Shown here one piece after another: positions 1 to 13,000 of a stretch of DNA of 64,000 nt. Source of the stretch: Eledone cirrhosa (Eukaryota). The stretch is from assembly GCA_964016885.1 (NCBI GenBank), contig OZ024740.1, forward strand, positions 249,922,001 through 249,986,000, in the 5' to 3' direction. How positions within the stretch are numbered: the first letter of the stretch is position 1; the number at the start of each line of letters is the position of its first letter. The position numbers and the translations under genes were made by a program. The notes under the pieces were generated by a model. The model made no database searches. It was not told the DNA's origin and worked only from the letters and a program-made list of their open reading frames with translations.

Positions 1-1051
1 GAGGCTTTAGTTAAAGTTTACGGTACTACTGCTCCAAAGAAAACTGCTGTCTACAAGTGGATTCATCGATTCAAACAAGGGAGAGACGATCTTGAAGACA
101 ACCATCGCAGTGGAAGACTAGGAACATCAAAAATGACCAAACGTTGAGGCTGCTCAGACTTTAATTGAAGAAGATCGAAGAATAACAGTTAATCAGTTAG
201 CTAAGTCCCTAGATATTTCATATGGTTCGGCAAATTCAATTCTGCACGATAATTTGGGACTAAGCAAGCTTTCAGTGCGATGGGTCCCAAAAGCGTTGCG
301 CCCTGATCAGCTGATTCTTCGAAGTGATCTGTCTTTGGCGATATTAAACAAAATTGAAGTTGATGAAGAGCATTTCCTGACCAGAATCATCACCGGAGAT
401 GAAACCTGGATCTACCAGTATGATCCTGAATCCAAACAGCACTCAAAACAGTGGCTTCCACATGGATCATCGGGGCCAATCAAGTTCAAATCTCAAAAGT
501 CGGATAAAAAAGTGATGGCCACCATTTTCTGGGATTCAGATGGAGTGATACTAATAGATTATCTTGAAGGTCAAAGAACTGTGACAAGAGCTTACTATGC
601 AAATGTTTTAAGGAAACTGAAAGAGGCATTAGTCAAGAAACGAAAAGGGAAACTTCATGGTGGGATCTTGTTTGACCATGACAATGCACCAGCGCATTCT
701 GCGCGCGTTGCAAAAGAAGTTCTTCGAGAATTTCGATGGGAAGTGCTTCCTCACCCGCCTTATAATCCAGATTTAGCCCCATCAGACTTTTTCCTCTTTC
801 CAAAACTCAAAGAAATGCTAAAAGGAACCCGTTTTAGTGGTGCTGAAGAAGCTAAAAACACTGCAAACACATGGCTTCGAACAAGGCCTTCAACTTTCTT
901 TAGAGACGGCTGACGGAGTTGGAAGCATCGCTTTGTGAAGTGTATTGACCTGGATGGCAACTATGTAGAAAAATAAATTGAAGGTAAATCATATTTTTTG
1001 AAAAATAGAATATTTTCTGAAAAATTCCGCGAACTTTTTGATCCCCCCTCG
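1..1051 (+). mobile_element. Mariner (DD34D) DNA transposon, defective copy, 5' end outside the window
   Basis: ORF 254-913 has the mariner motifs WVP, TGDETW, HDNAPAH and PYNPDLAPSDFFLF. A premature TGA at 911-913 is followed by the normal C-terminus (CIDLDGNYVEK*, stop 974-976). The right TIR gaactttttgatcccccctcg ends at 1051 and is followed by TA. Confidence 0.93.
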
Positions 1052-1081
1052 TATATATATATATATATATATAATTAACAT

Positions 1082-1630
1082 GTTGGAGATAACTGTGTCT
1101 GAAATGATACTAGTACACTTAGTGTCACTGATGCTCAGAAAAAGGAGGCCTGGAAATGTCATTATGAAAGGGCCATTAGAGACAAAAGACTAGCATGGAA
1201 CGCTTGGAAAAATGGTGGGAGTAGAGATGGATACACAGCTGCTAAGAGAGAAGCTAGACGTCAGGTGTACTTAACACGCAGGGAGGCTGAGAGTAGGAGG
1301 TTTGCCAATGTTCTGCGACGGGAAGATCAGAGACATGATGTGTTCCGCATTGCAAGGCAGTGTGTCAATGTCGTTGAAGATAAGTGTGTCTGGAATGATG
1401 CTGGTGTACTTAGTGTCACCTATGATCAGAAAAAAGGAGGGCTGGAAATGTCATTATGAGAGACTGATGAATGTTGAGAATGAATGGGAGAGAGAGAGAA
1501 ACTACCCCCAGTAGAGCCGACAGAGGGACCAGCTATTGAGCACAGCTGATTAGGGACTGGGTAAAACTAGATGAGATGCAGTTTGGGTTTGTGCCAGGCA
1601 AAAGCACCACTGATGCTCTCTTTCTGTTGG
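1082..1630 (+). mobile_element. Rearranged RTE LINE fragments (subfamily B)
   Basis: Pieces encode [29 protein letters not shown] and LDEMQFGFVPGKSTTDALF, matching the RTE at 56795-59025. The order is shuffled and the frames are broken. Confidence 0.8.
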
Positions 1631-1634
1631 TATT

Positions 1635-1990
1635 TCATAATGCTGGCATAATTTCCAGTGTATGAAGGTCCCAACTCATATGCCAGTGGATATATACCTT
1701 TTTGGCAAGAGCTGGGCATCCAGAGACTATATGGTTGACTTGCCTATCTCCACATATTCTACAGTTACTTATTGTGCTTTGTAGTTTTTGGTGGGTAGAC
1801 TCTGGTCCTGCAATCAGAAATCCTTCCATCTCAGCTTTTAGTCCAGTGCTTCGGAGCCAGTTTTCTTTGTCTACTTCTTTTCTATTTAGCTTTTTTGGGT
1901 ATTGGCCATGTAAGGCTTTCTTTTGCCATTGTTTTAACATAGCATTCTGGAAGTCAGTTTTCAATTTAAATTTTGTCTTTCACAATTTCT
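1635..1990 (-). mobile_element. R4/Dong-like (RLE-type) non-LTR retrotransposon fragment
   Basis: LHGQY...WL...LKAEMEGFLIA...CRICGDRQVNHIVSGCPALAK is the CCHC knuckle region that precedes the RLE endonuclease in R4-clade elements. Confidence 0.7.
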
Positions 1991-2042
1991 GTTGTATTTT
2001 CTTTGCTCTCACAATCATCATCATCATTATTATTTTATTCAA

Positions 2043-2232
2043 GGGCGGTGGATTGGCAGTATCGGTAGAGGGTCGGACGCCATGCTTTCCAGCATAGTTA
2101 CGTCCCTTTACGATCTGAGTTCAAATCCCGCCGAGGTTGACTTTGCCTTTCATCCTTACGGGGTTGATAAAATAAAGTACCAGTAATGCACTGGGTAATT
2201 GCTGGCCTTGTGCCTAAAGTAGAAACAATTAT
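2043..2232 (+). mobile_element. tRNA-derived SINE
   Basis: A-box-like tggcagtatcgg, B box gagttcaaatcc, central gactttgcctttcatcc...gataaaataaagtaccag and (ATT)n tail. Near-identical copies lie at 33092-33266 (+) and 19343-19441 (-). Confidence 0.85.
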
Positions 2233-2273
2233 TATTTTATTCGTCATCTGTTATTATTATTATTATTATAAGA

Positions 2274-2512
2274 AGGGTGGTGGATTTGCAGTATCAGTAG
2301 AGAATTGGACACTATGCTTTGCAGCATAGAGTTATGGCTCTTTATGGTCTGAGTCCAAATCCCCCTGAGGTTAGCTTTGCCTTTCATCCTTATGTGGTCA
2401 ATAAAATAAAGTACCAGTAACAGACTAGGGTCAATTTAATCGACTTCTCCTTCCTCCCAAATTGCTGGCCCTGTGCCTATATAAAAAAACCATAATTATT
2501 ATTATTATTAAT
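2274..2512 (+). mobile_element. Second, diverged copy of the same tRNA-SINE family
   Basis: Same head, ctttgcctttcatcc core and (ATT)n tail, in tandem with 2043-2232. Another relic lies at about 5133-5300. Confidence 0.8.
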
Positions 2513-2999
2513 AATACCTTCTGTATCTTTATGTTTAATCATTTTACTACTAATAATATTATTTTCCATATATGGTGGCTGGAAATTATTCAGCTATTCT
2601 AAAAAGAATATTAGTCTTCTGATTTTTTCATAACAGGAATATAATTTTTTCATAGCAAGAATTTGTTCTTCCCATATAACATAATGATATAATTCTCCTT
2701 GCATGCATTTCGCTCAATCTAAGAGAATATCCTCATGCGCTACTGTTATGTCATTCTATTTTCTAAAGACAAATATTTTGTCATCTCTTTTATTTTTAAA
2801 TATTTACTTCTGCGTCTACAGATTGATATTTCTCAGTTTCAGATTATCCTGATTAAGGTGAAAGCAGAAATTCTTTGCTTATACTTTTAATTTGTACTAA
2901 TTATAAATATTTGTACTACGGGTTTATATATACTTATATATATACAACCATTATTAAGTCCTCTCTGGATTTTGGTCCTTGTATTTATTATTATTATTA

Positions 3000-3185
3000 A
3001 TCATCATCATCGTTTAACGTCCATCTTCTGCGCTAGCATGGATAGGACACTTTTGTCAGACTTGAGACGAGATTGGTCGAGAGACCGTGTCTCACTCGTA
3101 CAGAACTGTCTAGCAGGTTTTCTACAGCTGGATGCCCTTCCTAACACCAACCACATTACAGTGTGGACCAACCACATTACATTAT
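3000..3185 (-). mobile_element. RTE-dependent SINE / non-autonomous element 3' part
   Basis: (GAT)n tail and ggacgttaaacg end on the minus strand plus the gttaggaagggcatccagc motif. Similar relics at about 7325-7570, 9480-9660, 14700-14790 and 21880-22200. Confidence 0.7.
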
Positions 3186-3714
3186 ATATATATATATATA
3201 TTATTTCATTCGTGGAATAATAATCTCACAACATAGTGACTAAGGACAATATAAAGACATACAAGAATAAAACTAATAAGATGCACAGACAGACCCCCAC
3301 ACCACACTCATATAGAATACAAAAATGAGGATAATAACAAATAGTGACAAGTAGGAAAGAAAGATGAGATAAGGGAAAAAAATCACACACACCCACTCGG
3401 ATATAACACGTGCAGTCCAGGTGCACAGCTCATAAAGACAAGATAGTGTAAAACAGAACAAAAAAGAAGCACAAAGTAAAAAAAAAAAAGACAATGAAGA
3501 GGTCAGAGAATGTGTGACAAAAGAGCTTTGACGATTAACAACTAAACAACCATCTGGTTATTAAACTTAATGATGGAAAATCATAATAAAATGAAGTGAA
3601 ACTCAACTGGTGTGTGTGTTTCTATTGGTAACACAAACCCCTAAAATATAACAATATCTGTTTCAACACATTTTCACATAAAAATCTTGCAATACAAAAA
3701 CAAAGTATATATAC

Positions 3715-4850
3715 ATAGGGTACGGATTTTAAATTGGTGCCTTTGTTTAAACAAAAAATAAAATACTATTTTGAAACCTATGATGTAAACTAATATTGCT
3801 TTCCTTTCAGATTTTACTTGGCTTAAAAAAATGGCAAACTCAGACAGATTAAAAGATTACAAGTGGCCTGAGGAGTGGAAAAGGAAAGTGATAGTGTATG
3901 CAGTTTGCACTGGCATGAATAAAAAAAAGTCATAGTTGACAACTCAAATCTCCCACTGCTGTACAGTCCAAAGAATGAGGAAGGAGTTAGATGTCAGTAA
4001 CTTTAATGATGACATTGTGGCTGCTAGGAAAATTGCAGTAAACAAAGGGTGAGAAATACTGATTTCATCCAGTAAGTTGAGCAGTTCATTGAGGAAGATC
4101 CCTCCATTGGGATACATGAGATAGCCAGGCAACTGAGCTGTGATGAGAAGACTGTTAGGACTTATGTGAATGAAGACTTTTGTTACAAGTCTTTCAAGAT
4201 GAAGGCAAGATGGCTGCTTACTCAGAAATCTAAGGAGAGCCATGTAAAGAAAGCCAAGAAACTATTGAACAAGTTGAAGCATCTCCTGGAATTAAACATG
4301 TGGTTTTTCTTAAATGAAAAAACTTTTACTTTTGCTAGAACAAGGCACACAACAAGCAGTTAGCCCACATGATGTTCCCAGGATCAGGGAAACTAAGTTT
4401 CCTGTCCACATAATGGTTTTTGATGTGATCAACAGTGAGGAACATGTCATGCCCCCTCACATCTTCAAGGTGAACCAGGATGTGTACCACTGGGTTCTGG
4501 AAAATCTGGTGAAACTCAGGATTGAAGAGGTGGCAGGGGGAAAACAATATGTGTTCCAGCAAATTCTGCATCCACACACACACGGCCAGGAAGACTCATA
4601 AGTGGCTCTCAGATAACTTTTATGACTATGCCAGTCCGAACCTCCTAATTCTACAGATTGCAATCCTCTGGATTATTTTTTCCGGGCCACAGTTGAGAGA
4701 GTCATTAACAAGACTACCTGCGATACCAAGGATGAACTGAAGTAGCACATCTGCTGGCATTCCAAGATTTGTCAACTGCAACCGTGAATTGCACCTGTTC
4801 CCAATTCAGAGGTCTCCTCAAGGAGGTTATTAAAGCTGGCAGGGGTTTTG
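3715..4850 (+). mobile_element. Degenerate Tc1/mariner-superfamily transposon, maT/DD37D-like
   Basis: Broken frames encode FFLNEKTF, TKFPVHIMVF, VMPPHIF, YVFQQ, RKTHKWLSDNF and PNSTDCNPLDYF, with many stops and frameshifts. The right TIR was not identified. Confidence 0.7.
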
Positions 4851-5416
4851 TCTTTTTTTTCTTTCTTTACCTCCTTTTTTTCAGTTTCACGAGACTATCA
4901 TTGCTATAAAAAGCACAATACTTTCTCCTAGTTGTCACATAAAATTCTATCTGTACTTGTTATGGCTTAATTGCTGTAAGTTATTGTTTTGTTTTATACA
5001 CAGACACGTTTGCATTTCACACTGCTAACAGTACTGTTTATGTCCCACATAAACATAAGCATGAAAAAGGCCCCAGATAAAATAAGAGATGTTAACACAC
5101 GTGAGTAAGAATCAAATATTTAAAATCATTTAAGTGGCAAATTGGCAGAGTCATTAGAGCATCCAACAAAATGCTTGTGGCATTTATTCCAGCTCTACAC
5201 TCAAATCCTGCTGGGGTCAGTTTCAAATTTCATCTTCCCAGGGTGTAAATAAAGTACCAGTACATTTCTTGAGCATAGGCTCATCAGGTTGATTAACCCC
5301 AAGCTACTATTGGTACCTATTTTTTCAACCAAGTGAACTAAAGTAATGTGAAATGAAGTGTCTTGTTCAAGAACACAGTGCACTGCTAGGGTCATCTTAA
5401 GCTAGCAATCCCAAAA

Positions 5417-7310
5417 CATCATCATGTGTAGAGCCAACCAGGTCCACCAGCACCCGCCATCACTGGCGGTCCCGTGCCAACTCCTCTGCATCCTCCAAGA
5501 TGTCGTCGTGCCTCCAGTGATCTTTCCTGATGATATCCTGCCATCTGGTGCAGGGACATGTCATGGGGCCTCTTCTAGCCTGCAACCACTGCATCGAACA
5601 AGAGTAAGGCCCAGGTAGGCTGATCTATTGGAAAGCGGAGGACATGTTCGTACCAGCCCATGTGGCAGATAGCTATGAGGTGGGAAGCTGTTGATTGATG
5701 CGTGTGCGCACTCAACACTTTGTTGGAAATGTGGTGGTGCCATCTGATGTTTTTGATGGTAGTCAGGGCTCTGCTATTGAAGCAGTTGATCCATTTTGCC
5801 AGGGTCTTTGTGAGGGGTCATGTTTCTGCTCCATAAAGGAGAATGGAGAGGAGCAATACATTGTAAATACAGAGCATCATCTTCTATGAGACTGAGTAAT
5901 GGCACCAAAAGGGCTTCTATAGGGAGTACATGACCCCGGCAACCAGGCCACATCTGCAGTTGATCTCTGGGGTCAGGTCTCTATTGCTGGTGACAGTCGA
6001 TCCCAGGTAAATGAAGGAGCTGACTAACTCTATGGCCAATATGAAGCAGAGGAGGATCCAGGCCATTGCCGGCATCCATCAGCTTTATCTTCGCCCAGCT
6101 AGCCTGAAGGCCAGGCTTTGCGGATTCCTCCCCGTATATGGCCAGTGTGTCTCCATGCCAATTGATTCAATTGCTTAATAGGGTGGTGTCATCTGCTTAC
6201 TCCAGGTCAGTTAGGTGTTAATTCCTGAAGGTAACGCCAGAAACTCACTCACTGGTCTGGTCATCAGATTGTGAATGACACAATTCAAGAGATCGAGGGC
6301 AGCCACACAGCCCTGTCTGACCCCAATGTTGATGGGGAACCAGTCGTAGTCCTTCCCGTTCACCCGCACGCAGCTCTCGGCACTGCTATAGAGCTGTTGG
6401 AACAGGGTGTTAATCTTGGGAGGCATGCTGACAAGCTTGAGAATTTTCCAGAGGGATGCGTGGTCAACCGTGTCGAAAGCCGCCTTCAGGTCGACAAAGG
6501 CAACGTAGAGGCAGTGATCTCTATGGAACTCCCGAGATCTTTTGATAATGAGGCGGAAGGCAGAAATGTGGTCGGCGGTGGATCGATTAGGCATGAATCC
6601 AGTTTGTTGTAGGCAACACCCTCTTCTGATGGATCTTGGTGAAGACTTTGCTTAGGATGGAGAGAAGTACGATGCTCCTGTGGTTGCTGCAGACGAGTTT
6701 GTCACCATTCCGTTTCCACAAGGGGAGGATAATGCCTCGGATCCAGTCATTTGGGAGTCGCTCTGACACCTATACATGGTTGATGATACGGGTGAGCTAC
6801 TGATCACGTCATCTCCGCCCACCTTCAACATCTCTGTGGCAATAGTACAGATTCCAGGGGCTTTTCTGAGATAATTAACTATCACTGCAAGGCTCGTCTG
6901 CGTGGCGACATGAATGAGTACCGCCAGTTCAACTGGATACACAACAAGGCCATCACGGATGAGAGGTTTTGGGCAGAAGAAGCCAAGCACCTGGAGACAG
7001 TGGCAAGGAACAACTTCAGCCAGGTATTCAACACTCCACAGAGCCCATGCCGGTCCCTGGATCAAGACAACTCTGGTGAAGGCTACCAATGGCAACATCA
7101 CCACTGAAACCAACTGCCTGAATGCTGTAAGGAGCACTTCAACCTTCTTCTGTATCACCCACCAGTCCCAATCAACCTCTGCCTAACCACAACCACAGAC
7201 ACAGCTGCAGCCAACAACTCCTGCAGACTCGATCCTGTCACTCCCGATGAAGTCAGAGCCGCCCTGAAGAAGCTCAAAAACCACAAAGTCCCTGAAATTT
7301 GCACCTTCAC
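5417..7310 (-). mobile_element. Old RTE-clade LINE with an inverted 5' segment (about 6885-7310 on +)
   Basis: The minus strand encodes KAPGICTIATEMLK, LPNDWIRGIILPLWK and YVAFVDLKAAFDTVDH...GVRQGCV and ends in a (GAT)n tail at about 5417. The plus strand 6885-7310 encodes the upstream linker (ERFWAEEA...VTPDEVRAALKKLKNHK). Confidence 0.8.
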
Positions 7311-8089
7311 ACATATTATATACCATCATCATCATCATTTTACATATGCTTACCACACTGGGTTGGATGAGTTGTTGGTCTGAGAATAGATGGGTTTAAG
7401 CAACTTGTCTTGTTCATACATTCCATATTTGGCATGGTTTCTACAGTCAGATGTCTTTCCTAATGTCAACCACCTATTGGGAGTACTTTTTTGTGGCACC
7501 ACCACTACTACTTTGCAGAGTGTGCTGGGTACATTTCATTGTAGCATCAGCATTAGAGAGGTTGTCAAATGCTCATTCTAACCTGAAGGTTTTCTCAAAT
7601 CCTATATTTTCTTTGTTCAATTGCTGACACTACATTTTATTTTATAGTTGTAGCACTCGTACAGATGGTTGGTTCTTCTGTATTACGACATACATAATTC
7701 AAATATAAACATTTCTGTAAAAACCACCAAATATTGTGATTGCTTACATGCAATAATCTTCTTCGAGCATAAAGAATGCTAGGAGCTCATGCAAGCTATC
7801 AATTCTGATCGTTTTTTTTATTTTCCACACAAGAGTATAGTATTTGAAATGTCATAAATTATTAACAATAAGTGTTTAGGCTTACGTATCTTCGCAGGAA
7901 ATACAATGAAACCGCACTAGAAAAGCCATTCAACTAACTGGCATGAATTCAATCATGGATTCTGAGGGCTTATGAAAGCCACGGGGAATGCCTTTTTCTC
8001 CAGATCTATAACATAATACCATACTGGTTTGGCCATAGTGCTTACACAATTCAAGTACAAAATTTAGCAAAATAGGAAAACTACATTAC

Positions 8090-8192
8090 CTGATAGCTGT
8101 AAAAAATATGCCATAATAATGTAGGCTAATGAGACAATGGTAGCTATGATGGAAGACCACCAAATACTTGCACCACATCTCCAACGATGTAC
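8090..8192 (-). CDS. NDC1: Coding exon 2 of an NDC1-like transmembrane nucleoporin
   Basis: Acceptor atttttgtag|GTACAT, donor TCAG|gtaatg, 103 nt, phase 0 to phase 1. It encodes VHRWRCGASIWWSSIIATIVSLAYIIMAYFLQLS, resembling the vertebrate NDC1 segment VLGWRIVASIVWS plus the first TM helix (recalled from memory, no search run). Confidence 0.75.
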
Positions 8193-9306
8193 CTACAAAA
8201 ATAATGAAAATAAAAAAAAAAAGATTAGTTTAACAAGCAACATTGAATCATTATGTGGTTTATCAATGTTATATCCTCTTTTCCAAGCCTACATAGGTTG
8301 GATATATCATCATAGTCAATGGTCTTCAGAGTTTCTGCTCTCATAAACAGGTCAATGACACCATTTTGCTTCATAATCATTACTGTAATAATTTAGCAGA
8401 AATGTTTAAAAACAGGGTCTGTAATTCAAATGTTTCTAGTGGTTTTACTAGTAGACAGATTTTAAAAATTTGCAGTTAAACTGAAATCTTTAACTTTTAA
8501 TGTGATATAGTCATAGTGCTATTTTGTACTTTTCAAGAATGTCTTGTGGTTTTATGCTGTACAGAATGTTAAAAGGAAAGTATGACCAACACTTTTACAC
8601 TTCCTAAATTTCTAATACTATTTAGGGTTAAAATACTGATGTATAGATTCAATAGTGGCTTTTTAAAGGCGAATTACACCTTCCACCTTTTCACTCCCCA
8701 AATTTTAGTAAGCAGATCCAAATTTCAATTAGATTTTGATTTATCCAATGAATTCTAGTGTTGGAACTTGACTGCAACAACAAATTGTTAGACAAAATTT
8801 CTTTACAGCACTTATTCTTAGCTGGGTTTGATTTTGTCTATTGTATGGGTGGTGAATTAGCAGAGTTTTTAGAACACTGATCAAAATGCCATGCACTTTA
8901 TTTTGGTTCCCTGTTGTAGCCTACTTTGATGGTGGACTTAACCTATTGCCTAGTTTAATTTCATGCACTAGTCTTCGAATGCCTTCAGCTGAGTCCTCTT
9001 TATTGTAAGCATGTCTAATAGAATGGAGATAGCTTCGGTCATTTCATCACCCACTCAACAACCAATAAAGGACGTGCGTCTACATGTGAGAACACAGATA
9101 CCTAAATATGGAATGTTACGCGTTGCCAGGTCTCTGGTTTCAGGATACATTCCTCCTTCCCTCCTACCAGTGTTGGAAGCCCTGAAAAGAGTCATGGGCA
9201 CTGTCTATCCCACTCCTCTGTATTACCCACCACCACTACCACCTTGTATTTTTGGGTGGGAGAGAGAAGAGGCTTTAAAGAGACAAGTATTTGGATATGC
9301 TCTCAG

Positions 9307-9740
9307 CAGTGTTTCCCAAAGTGGTTTCTGAAGAAACTCAGGTTTCCAAAAGATAAGAGGCCTTAATAAAAATTAAAAAACATTTATTATATGTTCGCTT
9401 TTGTATGAATATATTCTTAATCTAAAACAATTATTTTGTTTCATTTTATACCTTATTAGGTTGGTGGGACTCGTCCTTATCACCACCATTTTACGTTTGT
9501 TTCTCATGCTGGCATGGGTTGAATGGGCTGTCATGTTCTGAGACTAGGTGTGGTGGATGAACACATCTTGCTTGTACTTAGTTTCTATCACTGGATGCCC
9601 TCCCAAACACTTTACAGCATGTACTGGGAACATTATATCATGACACCAATATTACCACTTTATGTGGGGATTGACCATAAAACATGATTTTCGGAAAAGC
9701 ATATTAGAGCTAGGCAATAAAATAAGTTTGGAAATAACTG
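9307..9740. mobile_element. hAT/Charlie-like MITE relic with an internal SINE fragment
   Basis: Imperfect TIRs cagtgtttcccaaa ... tttggaaataactg. The TSD is not clean. Confidence 0.45.
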
Positions 9741-10052
9741 TTATAGAGTCAAATGCTTAACCTTTCATAGCAATAATTTTGTTTAAGATGTTCTATATGT
9801 ATTTGTTTCTCTGAATGAGATTATTTATGTATATTCGTGACAAATTTAGTTACATATAATATTTACTGTTCCTTAAATGGTGAGCTGATAGACTGCCATA
9901 TTGACTGCTATTTCTAGTGGCAATTTAGACTTGCCACTTAGTCCATATATACAAATATTTACCTTGTTAGTAGATCTATGCATGTGTGCAACATTATTAT
10001 TTTTTTCTTACACCATGCTAGATCGATGAAAAGTGAACACATTTCTCTTAAT

Positions 10053-13000
10053 CATCATCATCATCATCATCAACGTTTAACGTCCGTGTTCCACGCTTGC
10101 ATGGGTTTGGACGGGGGTAGTCCCACTTGAGGCAAGAGTGATTGTCTTGCTCGCATAGGACTGTCTGGCAGGTTTTCTACAGTTGGATGCCCTTCCTAAC
10201 ACCAACGACATTTACAGTGTGGGTCTGGGAGGTTTTTACCGTGTTGCCTACACGGCCACATTACAGCGTGGACTGTGTGTTTTTTTGTCGTGACACCTAC
10301 ACGATCTCATTTGTTTCGGCCTGGATGGCGCGGCACCAACATAACTTTACATAGAACGGGGTGGTGTGGATGGGGTGGGGGCGGGGGTGGTGGGACGGGG
10401 GTGTATTTTGTTAGAGATGCCTACTGGCTGGAGTAGGTTTTACTATATATTTAGGTAAGGCGGGTCTTCTCTGTTACTGAGTACCGCCAAAGGTCTCGGT
10501 CCAGTGACATTGTCTTGGAGAGGTGTAAGTGTGTGATGTCGGAGTTTATCAGCTCGTCCCAGGTTTTCCTAGGTCTGCCTATTCCGTGACTACCGTCTAT
10601 CTTTATTGCCCTGCACTTTGTTATACAGCTATCGACTTTCATGCGCATCACGTGTCCATACCAACGTAGCCTTCTCTCGAGTAAACAACATCTGATCCCT
10701 CTTATCTCTAATTTTTTCCTTAGTTCGTTTATGCTTTGCCGTTCACGTATATTACTGTTACACATCCAGCGGAGCATGCAAGCTTTGTTCCTCTCTAGTC
10801 TGCGTATATCCTCTGCACACAATGCCCAGGTCTCACTGCCATGCAGCATTGCTGTTCGTATGCAGGCATCGTACAACCTGCCTTTCATTTTTAGTGAGAA
10901 CCCTTTAGCAGCTAATAGTGGTATAAGCTCTCTGAACTTTTTCCAACCAGTTCTGACTCTAGCTACAGCACTTTCAGAGCACCCTCCCCCACTGCTGATT
11001 TTATCGCCCAGGTAACGGAAGCTGTCCACTATTTCTATAGAACCCTCTGCGCAATTGAAAGAGCTAGTAGTTTGTGGGCACTTGCTGCTACTTATTGCAC
11101 CAGAGCACCGGCCACATGTAAAATCTATGTTCTTAGTTAGCTTACCTGTGATCCCACTACATCTTTTATGCACCCATACTTTGCATTTAGGACATAAAAT
11201 GGAGTTTCTACCTACGCCTTTCCTACACACCGAGCACGACCATTTCCCAGAAGGGACCGCCGCCTTGTTTTCTTTTCTACAAACTAGTACTTTGGTCTTA
11301 GCCAGGTTAATTTTAAGTCCTTTTGACTCTAGGCCGTGCTTCCATGTTTGGAATTTCTTCTCTAGCTCGGCCATTGATTCCGCTATGAGTGTCAGGTCGT
11401 CTGCGTATAGGAGTTCCCATGGGCAGCCTGTCTTGAACTCCTCTGTTATAGCCTGAAGGGCAATAATAAATAGTAGTGGGCTGAGAACAGAGCCCTGATG
11501 GACGCCAACTTTTACGCTAAACTCTTCACTATATTCGTTGTTAATTCTAACCTTGCTGACTGTTTCTTTATACATGGCTTGTATAGCCCTCACAAGCCAT
11601 TCGTCAACGCCTAGTTTTCTAAGAGCCCACCAGATAATGGAGCGGGGGACTCTGTCGAAGGCTTTCTCCAAGTCGACAAAAGCTAAGTAGAGGGGTTTAC
11701 CTTTAGCTAGGTACTTCTCCTGTAGTTGTCGTACTATGAAAAGAGCGTCTGTGGTACTTTTGCCTGACACAAACCCGAACTGCATTTCATCTAGGTCAAT
11801 TCTCTCTCTGATTAGTTGCGCTATTACTTTTTCCGTGACCTTCATGACCTGGTCGATTAATTTAATGCCTCTATAGTTACTCCTATCTAGGGCGTCTCCT
11901 TTACCCTTATAACAGTTAACGATGATGCTGCTATGCCAGTCCTTCGGAACAACCCCATTCTGTACGACTTGGTTAACTATGCGGGTGACCATGGTGTGTC
12001 CCACCGTGCCAGATGCCTTCAGCATCTCAGCAACTATTTCCGAAGGCCCAGCCGCCTTACCCGTCTTCATATCCTTGATTGCCTTACTTATTATACTCCC
12101 CTCGACTAACACTGCTGGTCCCTCTATTGGGTCGATATGGGGGAGACTGCCTTTCTCCCAATTATTCTCCTCATTTAGTAGCCTTTCATAGTGACACTTC
12201 CAAGCTACCTTCTTATCAGCGTCGGTGATGGCAAGTGTGCCATCGTCGTTTAGTACACACTTCTCCCCGACAATATCACGGTTTTCCTTGACGCATTGCC
12301 TAGCAATCCTGAACACCTCACGTTTTTGGTCATCGCGTTGTAGAACATGCTTGAACTTTCTTTCCTCAGCTTCCCTTCTTGCTAAGTACACTTGTCTCCT
12401 AGCTTCCCTCCTGGCCACTTGATAGTCCTCTCTACTTCCCCCATCCCGCCATACTTTCCAAGCCTGCTTTTTGGCCTTAATTGACCCCTCCACCTTACTG
12501 TTCCACCACCATGTTACTCTCCTCCTGCCTACAGGCCTGCTCCAGCCACAGACTTCGTCTGTCGCCAACAGCAGGTTTGCTTTCAGAAATTCCCACTCTC
12601 CCTCTATATTGTCCGACTCTAAATGTTCTTCCTTACTGTCGAAAGCATCAAGTAATATGTTTTGAAATTTATTCCTGGCTGTGGGGTCCTTTAGCTTCCA
12701 TATTTTCCTCCTGAGGATAGTCCTCTTCTGTTGTCGAGTACGGCTCGTCCTGACTATGAGGTCGCTAATTATCAGTCTATGTTGGGAGGTGCATTCTTCA
12801 TGGGGGAGGGATTTAGTGTTAACAACAGACACTCTGTCACGTCTTCTGGTAAGGATATAATCTACCTGGCTTGTGTGTTCCCCGGATCTATAGGTGATCA
12901 GGTGATTGTCACGTTTTTTGAAGTTAGTGTTACAGATAGTTAGGTTATTTGCATCACAGAATTCCAGGATTCTGGAGCCTTCCTCATTTCTAGTACCAAA

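Noticed and set aside
2043-2135. tRNA gene
   Set aside because: The A/B boxes belong to a multi-copy SINE head and there is no complete cloverleaf.
2518-2610. Possible NDC1 exon 3 on the minus strand (AG...GAAG|gtatta)
   Set aside because: It has in-frame stops in the required phase 1 and no resemblance to NDC1.
9011-9331. 106-aa plus-strand ORF
   Set aside because: It has no recognisable domain or splice context and lies antisense within the NDC1-like intron among repeat relics.
10641-12943. Plus-strand ORFs overlapping the RTE (similar antisense ORFs occur at 28662-29777, 46884-47582 and 60382-60756)
   Set aside because: They are antisense shadows of retroelement ORFs with no independent motifs.
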